Shown here piece after piece: positions 28,001 through 37,558 of a stretch of 48,084 bases of DNA. The translations under genes and the position numbers were made by a program. The number at the start of each line of letters is the position of its first letter. The stretch's first letter is position 1. The stretch spans positions 1 to 48,084 of IMG/VR virus record IMGVR_UViG_3300032237_000447; one strand, given 5' to 3'. The notes below the pieces were generated by a model, which searched no databases, was not told the DNA's origin, and was given only the letters and a program-made list of their open reading frames with translations. Origin of the DNA: a virus. Taxonomy: Duplodnaviria; Caudoviricetes.

Positions 28001-29208
28001 TAAACATAACCATTAGTCAACCAGTATCGATTTGTTTAATTTCTGGAGGGCCTGTTGTTAAAATTTTGGATTTTGGACAACAACCATATGCTGACACTTT
28101 TATTGCAGAACATCAACTTAAACTATCAGAACCAATATTTCCATTAGAAGTGTACATGAATACAGAGTCCGGTGGCGTTCAATTAGGATATGTCAGTGAT
28201 GCTGAAGATCGCTACAACTTGTATTCATATAGCTACACGTCGAGCAATAGCAAAACTGCTAGAGATCACTGGGACGAACTAGCCAAACATGTTAAATCAA
28301 CCTATGGCAATGATAAGTTGGTAGTTGAAGTTGGCAGTAACGATGGCTACTTGATTGGGCAGTTTGCCAAGGGTGTTGGCGTAGATAGTTCGCAAGAGAT
28401 GTGTGGTCTTGCCATGGAGCGCGGTGCTAACACTATAAACGCATTATTTGATGTGATGGTTGCTGATCACGTTAAACAAACATATGGCTCTGCTAATGTA
28501 GTATTGGCCAACAATGTATTCAACCATGCTAATAATCCTGTAGACTTTGCTATTGCAGTCTCTAAACTGTTAGATGATAATGGTGTGTTTATATTTGAGG
28601 TTCCATATTGGGGTTGGATGGTCACCAATGGTCGGTTCCCTGACATGGTCTATCACGAACACCCAAGTTACTTTACAGTTAAAAGTGCCCAAACTCTGCT
28701 GGCTCGAGCCGGACTTACAATATTAGATTTTGAACTAGTTGACTATCATGGCCAGAGCCTACGTATTACAGCAAAGCGTGGTATGGCTCAATCAGACAAA
28801 GTTACACAGGCTATCAAACAAGAAACCGAACAGGGCTTGTTTGATCTTGAGTTTTATATTAATTTACAAAAAAAATTAGAAACGACCAAGATAGAATGGT
28901 TGGCAAGATTCTATAAATTGCTTAACGACGATCCTGATGCCGTTGTAATTGGTGTAGGTGCGGCCGCCAAAGCCAACACCTGGTTAAACTACTATGGCTT
29001 AAACAAAACAGTTATTAAATGTATTACGGATGCCAGCGAGTTCAAGCAAGGCAAGTATACACCACTAACTCGTATTCCTATTCGGTCTGATGACGAATTT
29101 GCTAAGTATGCTCGCCCATACGCTCTAATACTAAGTTGGAACATTGCCGAACCACTCAAGCAAGCACTACTCAAAATCAATCCAAACACAAGGTTTATCT
29201 CACAATGA
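27997..29208 (+). CDS. NDP-hexose C-methyltransferase
   Basis: LDFGQQPYADTF, VEVGSNDG, NVFNH, YHEH, GAAAKANT, KQGKYTP, ILSWN. Confidence 0.85.
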   Translation: MINITISQPVSICLISGGPVVKILDFGQQPYADTFIAEHQLKLSEPIFPLEVYMNTESGGVQLGYVSDAEDRYNLYSYSYTSSNSKTARDHWDELAKHVKSTYGNDKLVVEVGSNDGYLIGQFAKGVGVDSSQEMCGLAMERGANTINALFDVMVADHVKQTYGSANVVLANNVFNHANNPVDFAIAVSKLLDDNGVFIFEVPYWGWMVTNGRFPDMVYHEHPSYFTVKSAQTLLARAGLTILDFELVDYHGQSLRITAKRGMAQSDKVTQAIKQETEQGLFDLEFYINLQKKLETTKIEWLARFYKLLNDDPDAVVIGVGAAAKANTWLNYYGLNKTVIKCITDASEFKQGKYTPLTRIPIRSDDEFAKYARPYALILSWNIAEPLKQALLKINPNTRFISQ

Positions 29209-29612
29209 AACACTATAACATTTATAACAATCAAGAACCCAAGTTAGGTAGCTTCACAGACGATCGAGGAACTATCACAGACATCTTTCATTTGATCGAT
29301 ATGAACTCGGCTTGTCTTATAACTAACACACCCGGTGCTGTTCGTGCCAACCATTATCATAAACAAACTACACAGTTTACATACATCCTGTCTGGTTCGT
29401 TGGACTACTATTCTAAGCCAGTGGACAGCGAAGAGCCAGCTAATGTTATTACGGCAGGCACAGGTGATTTTATTATTAGTGAACCAAACGAAATTCACGC
29501 ATGGCGTACTGGCCCAGAAGGTTGTACTCTTATTGCTTTTGCTCAAGGCCCTAGAGGCGGCGAGGACTATGAGAACGATACGTTCCGTGTAGACAGTATT
29601 ATTCCCGAATGA
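29205..29612 (+). CDS. Cupin-fold sugar isomerase/epimerase (FdtA/WxcM-like)
   Basis: DDRG, RANHYH, EIHA; ATG at 29205 overlaps the upstream stop. Confidence 0.7.
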   Translation: MKHYNIYNNQEPKLGSFTDDRGTITDIFHLIDMNSACLITNTPGAVRANHYHKQTTQFTYILSGSLDYYSKPVDSEEPANVITAGTGDFIISEPNEIHAWRTGPEGCTLIAFAQGPRGGEDYENDTFRVDSIIPE

Positions 29613-30202
29613 CCAAAATTGCTGTGATTTTTGGTGCTCGCGGTGGTATCGGCTCTGCTGTTAGAGATACTTTTCTTACAGCCGGGTATCGTGTTATTCC
29701 TATTAATAGTTCTAGTGTGGATTTTAATAATCCTGATTCTTATCAACAGGTCGCTACTATACTTGCTGTGAATCCAGACGTTGTTATAAATTGTGTTGGA
29801 CACTTTGACAACGGTAATGCAGAAGCACACAATAAAACTTTTGACATTAATGTTGGAAGTAACTGGGCAATTATCAAACATTATATTAATAATCCTGGCA
29901 GTAAATCCGTGAAAATTATCATGGTTGGATCCAGTTCTTACCGTAGCGGACGTAGAGATTATATTTTGTACGCGGCCTCCAAAGCAGCACTATATAATGT
30001 GTGGCAAGGGGCATGTGATTACTTTAGTAACACTGATATTACAGTTAGTTTAATTAATCCGGTAAGAACACGCACTCCTTTAATTGATATGTCGACCTCG
30101 GCGGTTTGTTTAACTCCGAACGATGTAGCATTAGAAATATTGAGTATGGCATCAACTGATTCTAACCAATTAGTTGATATGAAATATCCAGAGGAAAATT
30201 AA
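29609..30202 (+). CDS. Short-chain dehydrogenase/reductase
   Basis: GARGGIG, INCVG, YAASK. Confidence 0.85.
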   Translation: MTKIAVIFGARGGIGSAVRDTFLTAGYRVIPINSSSVDFNNPDSYQQVATILAVNPDVVINCVGHFDNGNAEAHNKTFDINVGSNWAIIKHYINNPGSKSVKIIMVGSSSYRSGRRDYILYAASKAALYNVWQGACDYFSNTDITVSLINPVRTRTPLIDMSTSAVCLTPNDVALEILSMASTDSNQLVDMKYPEEN

Positions 30203-30976
30203 ATGAAAATTGGTATTATTGGACGAGGTACAGTAGGCAAGGCAGTTTACGAAGGATTACAATACTTAGGTCATGAGATGTGTTTCTTTGATCCAGCATA
30301 CGAAGGATCAACATTACAAGATGTGTTAGATGCTGACTGTGTATTTCTTTCTGTACCAACCAATCAAGCTGCCAACGGTGATTGCGATACCAGTATTGTA
30401 GAGCGAGTCGTCGAAGAACTTGCACAGGCTCAATATACTGGACTAGTAGGTCTTAAGAGTACTTGTGTTCCTGGTACTTGTGAACGCCTGAGTGCTAAAC
30501 ATCCTACTCTACGCATTTGTTCGGTTCCTGAATTCCTTCGAGCCAAGAGTGCTCTAGCAGACTTTATGTACAATCATGACTTGTTGGTGGTTGGTAGCAA
30601 TCGTGAAGAAGATTTTGAATTAATTAAAAAAATACACGGACACCTGCCAGCAAATGTTGCTTGTGTTAAACCCACCGAAGCTGAAGTTATTAAATACTTT
30701 AACAATGTAAACCATAGTGTTCAAATTATCTTTGCCAACATTGCCTATGAAGTTTGTAAAAAACTTGGTGTACATTATGACGCCGTATATCATGCTATCA
30801 GCAAACGTGAATGCTTTAATCCTGCCTACTTGATGTGTAATGATAACCTACGTGGCTTTGGTGGACATTGTTTGCCCAAGGACACAAGTGCGTGGCGTAA
30901 TCTAGTTAAGGACTTGGGCTTGCCATACGAGATGATTGATGCAGTAATTAAAGATAACGAAAAGATTAACAAATGA
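30203..30976 (+). CDS. UDP-glucose 6-dehydrogenase-like protein (short)
   Basis: GRGTVG, VPT, KSTCVPG, PEFLR, GFGGHCLPKD. Confidence 0.88.
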   Translation: MKIGIIGRGTVGKAVYEGLQYLGHEMCFFDPAYEGSTLQDVLDADCVFLSVPTNQAANGDCDTSIVERVVEELAQAQYTGLVGLKSTCVPGTCERLSAKHPTLRICSVPEFLRAKSALADFMYNHDLLVVGSNREEDFELIKKIHGHLPANVACVKPTEAEVIKYFNNVNHSVQIIFANIAYEVCKKLGVHYDAVYHAISKRECFNPAYLMCNDNLRGFGGHCLPKDTSAWRNLVKDLGLPYEMIDAVIKDNEKINK

Positions 30977-31863
30977 GTAAAGTATTAGTAACCGGAGCCA
31001 GTGGCCTATTAGGCACAGAATTTTGCCGTCAACTCAAAGAAGCTGGACATGAAGTATGGGCATTAGATAACCATAGTCGCAGTTCAAGTATTCCTCCGTG
31101 CGATCAATTTGTTGGTGCAGACTTACAAATAGCAATGGTTTACGAATCACTACCTAAAGATTTTGATTATATCTATCATTATGGTGCTATTAACGGCACT
31201 ACAAACTTTTACGAACGTCCCAACGAAGTATTAAAAACTAACTTTGTAAGTGACCTTAACGTGTTTGAATTTGCCAGCCAGTGCGCTAATCTTAAACGTC
31301 TTGTATATGCTAGTAGTAGTGAAATTGTTAGTGATGACCTTGCAAGTCCAGTTCCTGAAAATTTAGATATCACCATTAAGAACATCCATAACGCTCGTTG
31401 GTCATATCGTTTGGCCAAGGTAACTAGTGAAAACTATTTGGCCAACAGTAAGTTACCGTATGTTATGTTGCGTTACTTTAACGTATACGGAGAGAATTCA
31501 AAGAAGGGTCATTTCTTAGGCGACCAAATTGACAAAATTAAAAACGGTATCTTCACTGTAATTGGCGCACAAGAAACACGTAGTTTCTGCCATGTGTCAG
31601 ATGCTATCCGTGCTAGTATCTATGTTGCCGAACATGTTAATCGTGAATTGGTCAACATTGGTAACGATAGAGAAATCACAATCGGTGATGCTGTACAAGT
31701 TATTGCCGCAGAATTAGGTTACCCTGATGCTGTTTTTGAACAACTGCCAAGCAAAGCTGGTTCCGTGGCTAATCGTCGGCCAGATATTACCCGATTACGC
31801 AGTATCATGCCCGATTACGAGCCTATGAGTTTTGAACAAGGAATTAGATCAATTCTCTCTTGA
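30973..31863 (+). CDS. NAD-dependent nucleotide-sugar epimerase/dehydratase
   Basis: TGASGLLG, YASSSE, YRLAK, RYFNVYG, TRSFCHVSD. Confidence 0.9.
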   Translation: MSKVLVTGASGLLGTEFCRQLKEAGHEVWALDNHSRSSSIPPCDQFVGADLQIAMVYESLPKDFDYIYHYGAINGTTNFYERPNEVLKTNFVSDLNVFEFASQCANLKRLVYASSSEIVSDDLASPVPENLDITIKNIHNARWSYRLAKVTSENYLANSKLPYVMLRYFNVYGENSKKGHFLGDQIDKIKNGIFTVIGAQETRSFCHVSDAIRASIYVAEHVNRELVNIGNDREITIGDAVQVIAAELGYPDAVFEQLPSKAGSVANRRPDITRLRSIMPDYEPMSFEQGIRSILS

Positions 31864-31889
31864 CAATCTAAATACAGTTCGTGTATAAT
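31860..31889 (+). promoter_or_regulatory. Sigma70 promoter with an embedded TAAATA
   Basis: TTGACA-18 nt-TATAAT; ctaaata at 31868-31874. Confidence 0.65.
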
Positions 31890-31895
31890 AACTGT

Positions 31896-32393
31896 ATGAA
31901 GAAAATCTACTATACCTGGTCTGATGTCGAATCTCAAACACAAGAGATCCTGCGTCAGATTTCCTTATCCGATTGGCGCCCTGACTATGTTGTAGGACTT
32001 ACACGTGGCGGACTAGTTCCGGCTAACTTGATTAGTCAATACTTAGAAGTGCCAATGGAATGCCTTAAAGTTAGCCTGCGTAATGATGAAAGCAAACCTG
32101 AGCATAATATATGGATGGCCGAAGATGCTTATCACGGTAAGAACATTCTTATTGTAGACGATATCAACGATTCGGGTGCCACACTTAGTTGGATTAAAAA
32201 GGACTGGGAAGATTTCTATTCAAGTAAACCAGAACCTTGGAAAACTATTTGGAACAATACCGTTCGTTTTGCTGTGTTAGTTAATAATGAGGCCAGCGAA
32301 TACAAACGTATTGATTACTCTAGCATTGATATTAACAAAGCAGAAGAAGATTCGTGGATTGTGTTTCCTTGGGAAGACTGGTGGAAAAACTGA
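31896..32393 (+). CDS. Type I purine phosphoribosyltransferase (xanthine-guanine PRT-like)
   Basis: VGLTRGGLVPA, ILIVDDINDSGATL PRPP motif, WIVFPWE. Confidence 0.88.
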   Translation: MKKIYYTWSDVESQTQEILRQISLSDWRPDYVVGLTRGGLVPANLISQYLEVPMECLKVSLRNDESKPEHNIWMAEDAYHGKNILIVDDINDSGATLSWIKKDWEDFYSSKPEPWKTIWNNTVRFAVLVNNEASEYKRIDYSSIDINKAEEDSWIVFPWEDWWKN

Positions 32394-32965
32394 TGGGCAG
32401 TATGCCGTACAAGAATCTAGAACAACTAGATTTAACTTGTAATAGCGATAATATTGTTGTAGAGATTGGTAGTGAGAATGGTGAAGGTAGTTCTGTATGG
32501 TTGTATGAGTGGGCAACACAACAAGACATAGAATTTTATTCCATTGATGTCGAACATAGGTTGCGTGAACGAACCTATCCACACATCAATTGGGCAGTGG
32601 CAGAATCAGGATCAACATGGTGCAAGACAATTCTTCCAGATCTAAATAAGACTATTAAAGTGTTGTATTTAGATAACTTTGATTGGATTTGGGATTCAAA
32701 TAATATTGCTCCATATTGTCAAAAACAAATTGACAACTACGCTGCACGTGGTGTTGTTATGAATAACCAAAACTGCCAGGCGGAACATAGGTTGCAAGTA
32801 GAATACTGTTTGCCTTATTTAGACAAACAGGCGGTTGTAATTATGGACGATACCTTTTATAATAATGGTACTTGGGATGGCAAATGTGCCACTGCCGTAC
32901 CATTGTTATTAGAAAACGGATTTACAATGCACGGCAGTGATTATGCTACAAGAGTATACAAATGA
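32393..32965 (+). CDS. Class I methyltransferase-like protein
   Basis: VVEIGS, YSIDV, LYLDNFD, IMDDT, GKC. Confidence 0.6.
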   Translation: MGSMPYKNLEQLDLTCNSDNIVVEIGSENGEGSSVWLYEWATQQDIEFYSIDVEHRLRERTYPHINWAVAESGSTWCKTILPDLNKTIKVLYLDNFDWIWDSNNIAPYCQKQIDNYAARGVVMNNQNCQAEHRLQVEYCLPYLDKQAVVIMDDTFYNNGTWDGKCATAVPLLLENGFTMHGSDYATRVYK

Positions 32966-33234
32966 ATACAAAAACTAATGAAGCACTTGTAATCTTACAG
33001 GAAGAATGTGCCGAAGTTATACAAGAGGTTAGCAAATGTTTTCGCTTTGGCATCAACGACCTAAATAAAGATGGTATTAAACACAGCATTGTGTTGGAAA
33101 AAGAAGTAGCCGATATGTTATGCATGGTAGACATATTGGTAGAACAGGGTGTGCTTGATCCTGCTCGGTTGGCGTCAGGCAAGATAGAAAAACAAACAAA
33201 GTTAAAGAAATGGTCAAAACTTTATGAAGATTAA
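32962..33234 (+). CDS. MazG-like NTP pyrophosphohydrolase
   Basis: LQEECAEVIQ...LEKEVADML. Confidence 0.8.
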   Translation: MNTKTNEALVILQEECAEVIQEVSKCFRFGINDLNKDGIKHSIVLEKEVADMLCMVDILVEQGVLDPARLASGKIEKQTKLKKWSKLYED

Positions 33235-34090
33235 GGTAAGCGAGTTATTTTATAGTTTACAAGGCGAAGGTCGCTTTGTTGGTGTGCCTAGTGTGTTCCT
33301 AAGAACATACGGATGTAACTTTACCTGTGCAGGGTTTGGTTGTAAACCAGGCGAAAAGAGCACAGGGGCAGATGAAGTTGCTAAAGTTGTAGACAAGTAT
33401 GCGACATTCTTATCATTGCCGTTGGTTGAAACTGGTTGCGACAGTTATGCGTCGTGGCATCCTGCATTTAAGCATTTGAGTCCTACAGTAGAAACTAGTG
33501 AGTTAGTTAATCAAATGTTAGCACTAACTCCTAACAATATGTGGGCGCAAAATAACGGTAATGATGTACACCTAGTCATCACAGGCGGCGAGCCCTTGTT
33601 AGGTTGGCAACGTGCTTATGGAGAATTATTAAGTCATCCTAAAATGAAAGACTTAAAAAATCTTACCTTTGAAACAAACGGAACACAACAGTTATCCGAA
33701 GACTTCAAAGCATTTTTGATCAACTGGGTCTTAGACGGAGTCGGTGCTCCTAGAGAAGTTACATTTAGTGTAAGTGCTAAGTTAAGTGCTAGTGGCGAAA
33801 AAGTAGAAGATGCTATTTGCCCAGAAGTTGTAAATGAATATCAAGGGATTGGGCATACCTACCTCAAGTTTGTAGTTGAAACTGTAGAGCATGTTGACGA
33901 AGCTGTTCAAGCGGTTGATAAGTTTAGAGCAGGTGGATTCAAAGGTGTTGTTTACTTGATGCCACAGGGTGGTGTTGTAGATCCATACGAAAGTAATAAA
34001 TTAAACATTGCTAATATCTGTTGCGAGCGTGGGTTTAACTACAGTCCACGCCTGCACGTAGACTTATGGGGCAACGGTTGGGGCAAGTAA
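33224..34090 (+). CDS. queE: 7-carboxy-7-deazaguanine synthase (radical SAM)
   Basis: ELFYSLQGEG, FLRTYGCNFTC...CDS, ITGGEP, FETNG, SPRLH. Confidence 0.9.
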   Translation: MKIKVSELFYSLQGEGRFVGVPSVFLRTYGCNFTCAGFGCKPGEKSTGADEVAKVVDKYATFLSLPLVETGCDSYASWHPAFKHLSPTVETSELVNQMLALTPNNMWAQNNGNDVHLVITGGEPLLGWQRAYGELLSHPKMKDLKNLTFETNGTQQLSEDFKAFLINWVLDGVGAPREVTFSVSAKLSASGEKVEDAICPEVVNEYQGIGHTYLKFVVETVEHVDEAVQAVDKFRAGGFKGVVYLMPQGGVVDPYESNKLNIANICCERGFNYSPRLHVDLWGNGWGK

Positions 34091-34321
34091 TTGGCTCCAT
34101 TAGATTCGTTGTTTGGTGCTCGACATAGTTTTTATGCAAAAGCTCATTGGTGTTTAACATTTGCATGGTGGCCACACCGTTGTGTTATCAGCGAAAAAAT
34201 TATATGGCTGAAATATGGTTATATGGGAACAGCTATGTGGACTGGCCCAGGTACACCAGTATATGAGTACAACTGGCATACCGTGGAAGAGCATTTAATT
34301 TGGTGTTTGAAAAATGGTTGA
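34091..34321 (+). CDS. Hypothetical Trp-rich protein
   Basis: 76-aa ORF between queE and the next gene; TTG start. Confidence 0.5.
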   Translation: MAPLDSLFGARHSFYAKAHWCLTFAWWPHRCVISEKIIWLKYGYMGTAMWTGPGTPVYEYNWHTVEEHLIWCLKNG

Positions 34322-34652
34322 TTTATACTTGGATTCACCACTAACCCGCAGTCGAGCATTTACTATAATTGTTCCTGCAGGTGGTTGGCGCAGACATTTT
34401 CCGGTGGCGTATATACGTCAGATTAGACCAATAGCAGAAACACTAGCACTAATGAATCATGATTCACCAAAAGCGTATGAAGCATACCTTCAAGAAGCTG
34501 ATGCAGTACTACGCAATGACAGAGTACACGGCGATATGCCTAGTTGGATTCGGCAGTATTGTGTGATGCAAGAAGATCCAGTTATGTCTGAGTTATGGAA
34601 TAAATTACAAATGCTAATAGCATTAAAGGAAGATGAAAATGGGAATGTTTGA
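34314..34652 (+). CDS. Hypothetical protein
   Basis: 112-aa ORF overlapping its neighbours. Confidence 0.55.
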   Translation: MVDLYLDSPLTRSRAFTIIVPAGGWRRHFPVAYIRQIRPIAETLALMNHDSPKAYEAYLQEADAVLRNDRVHGDMPSWIRQYCVMQEDPVMSELWNKLQMLIALKEDENGNV

Positions 34653-35031
34653 TTTTTTTAAGAAAAAGCCAGAACCACCGCAAAAGAAAAAACCTATTGC
34701 CGATGCGGCCGTAAAGCAGACTAAGTCAGCTAAACAAATTGCCAATGAAAAGGGAGAATCATATGTAAATATTTTAAGCATGGAACTAGATCCTGGCAAT
34801 TTAAACTATGGTAGTTTTGAATTAGATTGGAATGAAAAATTTATTGCTGATCTGGTCCGACATGGGTACATGATGAACCCAAACGATACTGATGCCGACA
34901 TTGTAGACCGATGGTTCACTACAGTATGTCGTAACATTGTGTTAGAAACCTATGAACAAGAACAGGCAATAAATCCAAATCGAGTAGTTAAGAGTCGAGA
35001 CATTGGCGACGGAAGGTCTGAAGTATCGTGA
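34633..35031 (+). CDS. Hypothetical phage protein
   Basis: 132-aa ORF; FELDWNEKFI, IVDRWF. Confidence 0.65.
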   Translation: MKMGMFDFFKKKPEPPQKKKPIADAAVKQTKSAKQIANEKGESYVNILSMELDPGNLNYGSFELDWNEKFIADLVRHGYMMNPNDTDADIVDRWFTTVCRNIVLETYEQEQAINPNRVVKSRDIGDGRSEVS

Positions 35032-35669
35032 TACTGTATGTAAACGGTGACAGCAACAGCAACGGAGCCGAATGTACTGATACTACTAAAAGTTGGCCGG
35101 CTCTGCTGTCTAAAAAAATAAATTGTACTTTAATTAACGAAGCCAAAAGTGGTACAAGTAATCCTAGGATAATGCGTGTAGCCAGTAATGCATTAGCCAA
35201 TAGCGACAAAAATACCATTGCTGTTATTGGATGGACTAGTTGGGAACGAGAAGAGTGGGTGCATAACAATCAATACTTTGATGTTAATTCAGGAGGACAC
35301 GATACCTTACCGCCTGAGCTCGAAGAACGTTATAAACAGTGGGTTACTATGCAAGGAATAGACGAGCAATCTCGTAAATCAAAATCCATGCACGAACAGA
35401 TACATCGACTACATCGTAGTTTAAAAGATCGTCGTATACCTCATGTATTTTTTAACGCACTGATGCCATTTCAACACAATCTAATAGATCCTAACCACAA
35501 AAATTGGGGTAATAATTATCTTGGTCCATATGATAATGAACTAAGTTATTATTGGTATCTTAAAAATCATGGATGGAAGCCCACTGACAATAATCACTAT
35601 ATCGAAAATGCACAGGCAGTTTGGGCGGATGTCTTATATAACTATATTCAAGAAAACAAGCTATTATGA
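35028..35669 (+). CDS. SGNH-like hydrolase, paralog 1
   Basis: LYVNGDS, GTSN, IGWTSWEREEW, C-terminal H. Confidence 0.65.
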   Translation: MILYVNGDSNSNGAECTDTTKSWPALLSKKINCTLINEAKSGTSNPRIMRVASNALANSDKNTIAVIGWTSWEREEWVHNNQYFDVNSGGHDTLPPELEERYKQWVTMQGIDEQSRKSKSMHEQIHRLHRSLKDRRIPHVFFNALMPFQHNLIDPNHKNWGNNYLGPYDNELSYYWYLKNHGWKPTDNNHYIENAQAVWADVLYNYIQENKLL

Positions 35670-36367
35670 TATTATATGTAAACGGTGACAGTCATACCGC
35701 CGCTGCCGAGGCAGTAAATGTGCATGCCTTTGCTGAGGATGATTCAAAATATTTTTACATGGGCCGATCCGCCCATCCTGATAATTTACAAGTAAGTTGG
35801 GGGAAACTTTTAAGTTTAAGTCTACAAGTTGGACTTAAATGTGATGCTGAGAGTGCCAGTAGTAATGCAAGAATCATACGCACCACTCGAGAATATCTAT
35901 CTAATCGATTAACCTCTGAAGACATTTTGGTCATCATACAATGGTCGACTTGGGAAAGAGAAGAATGGTTACATGATGGTGTTTACTATCAAGTCAATGC
36001 TTCGGGTATTGATCAGGTACCGCAGGCACTACAAGAAAAATATCGCCACTATATCATGGGTATTGATTGGCAGGCCAAAACAGAAGAGGCTCATGACCAA
36101 ATTTGGGCATTCCACAAAGAACTAGACGCACAAGGAATTAAACATATCTTCTTTAATGGTAACAACAGTTTTGGTGGCATAAAAGATAAAAAGGACTGGG
36201 GTACCAGTTATGTTAACCCTTATGATCCAAAAGGTACTTTTTCGGCAAAATTAGAACTAGCAGGCATTCAAACAGTTGCGCCCAATAGCTACCATTTTGG
36301 TAAGGATGGCCATAGCTTTTTTAACCGTTTTATGTTACAATACATTATTACTAACAAATTCATTTAA
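35666..36367 (+). CDS. SGNH-like hydrolase, paralog 2
   Basis: LYVNGDS, SSN, IQWSTWEREEW, YHFGKDGH. Confidence 0.65.
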   Translation: MILYVNGDSHTAAAEAVNVHAFAEDDSKYFYMGRSAHPDNLQVSWGKLLSLSLQVGLKCDAESASSNARIIRTTREYLSNRLTSEDILVIIQWSTWEREEWLHDGVYYQVNASGIDQVPQALQEKYRHYIMGIDWQAKTEEAHDQIWAFHKELDAQGIKHIFFNGNNSFGGIKDKKDWGTSYVNPYDPKGTFSAKLELAGIQTVAPNSYHFGKDGHSFFNRFMLQYIITNKFI

Positions 36368-36375
36368 GGTACACA

Positions 36376-37377
36376 ATGCGCTATGTTTTAATTGATACGG
36401 CTAATATGTTTTTTAGAGCCAGGCATGGTGCTCACCGTGCAAGCGACACTTGGGAAAAAGTGGGCTTTGCATTGCATGTTACCTTAATGGCCGCTAACAA
36501 AGTAGCCAAGCGTTTTGAAGCAGATCATGTGGTATTTGGTTTAGAAGGTCGTAGCTGGCGCAAGGACTTTTACAAGCCCTACAAAGCCAATCGTGCTGTA
36601 GCCCGTGCCGCACTTACAGAAACCCAAGCAGAAGAAGATAAAATGTTTTGGGAAACATATGATAGTTTGACTAAATACTTGTCAGAGAGAACAAACTGTA
36701 GCGTTATCAGGCATGAAAATGCCGAGGCTGATGACATTATAGCTCGATGGATCGCATTACATCCCCAAGACGACCATATTATTATCAGTAGCGATACTGA
36801 CTTTGTTCAGCTCATCGCACCCAATGTCAAGCAGTACAATGGTATTACAGACGAACTAATCACAATAGAAGGAATTTTCGATGCTAAAGGAAAAGCGGTC
36901 ATCGATAAGAAAACTAAAGAACCTAAAACTATCCCTAATCCGCAATGGCTACTCTTCGAAAAGTGTATGCGCGGCGATTCGTCGGACAATGTCTTCTCGG
37001 CTTACCCGGGGGTCCGTACTAAGGGCACTAAGAACAAGGTTGGCCTACAGGAAGCATTTGAGGATCGAACGAAACAAGGATATAACTGGAACAACCTAAT
37101 GTTACAGCGTTGGACTGATCATGAAGGCGTAGAACATCGTGTGTTAGATGATTACGAACGCAACGTACACTTGGTTGATTTAACAGCACAACCCGAAGAA
37201 ATTAAGGCGGCAGTAGATACAGCAATCCGTGACCAAATGTCACACAAAGATGTAGGCCAAGTTGGTGTACGATTCATGCAGTTTTGTGGCAAATATGACT
37301 TAAACAAACTAAGCGAGCAGGCAGACAGTTTTGGTCGTTGGATGAACGAAACCTACAAAGGAGTCTTAAATGGCTAA
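36376..37377 (+). CDS. rnh: 5'-3' exonuclease / T4-type RNase H (FEN family)
   Basis: LIDTAN, WRK..YKPYKANR, EADDII, SSDTDFVQL, GDSSDNV. Confidence 0.9.
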   Translation: MRYVLIDTANMFFRARHGAHRASDTWEKVGFALHVTLMAANKVAKRFEADHVVFGLEGRSWRKDFYKPYKANRAVARAALTETQAEEDKMFWETYDSLTKYLSERTNCSVIRHENAEADDIIARWIALHPQDDHIIISSDTDFVQLIAPNVKQYNGITDELITIEGIFDAKGKAVIDKKTKEPKTIPNPQWLLFEKCMRGDSSDNVFSAYPGVRTKGTKNKVGLQEAFEDRTKQGYNWNNLMLQRWTDHEGVEHRVLDDYERNVHLVDLTAQPEEIKAAVDTAIRDQMSHKDVGQVGVRFMQFCGKYDLNKLSEQADSFGRWMNETYKGVLNG

Positions 37378-37558
37378 AGATTTATTTTGGACAACAGTAA
37401 CCTTTGTTATTGTGTTAGGTATGTTGGTATTGGCCTTTTGGCCCCAGGATCGAAATCAAGTAGTAGTAAAATATGATTGCCGCATGTTGATGGGCGGTTG
37501 GCATCCAGATGTGCCAGTAGCAGTACAAGAAGAATGTCGAAAGAGGAGTACTAAATGA
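37370..37558 (+). CDS. Small membrane protein
   Basis: Single hydrophobic N-terminal segment; SD ggag. Confidence 0.6.
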   Translation: MAKDLFWTTVTFVIVLGMLVLAFWPQDRNQVVVKYDCRMLMGGWHPDVPVAVQEECRKRSTK

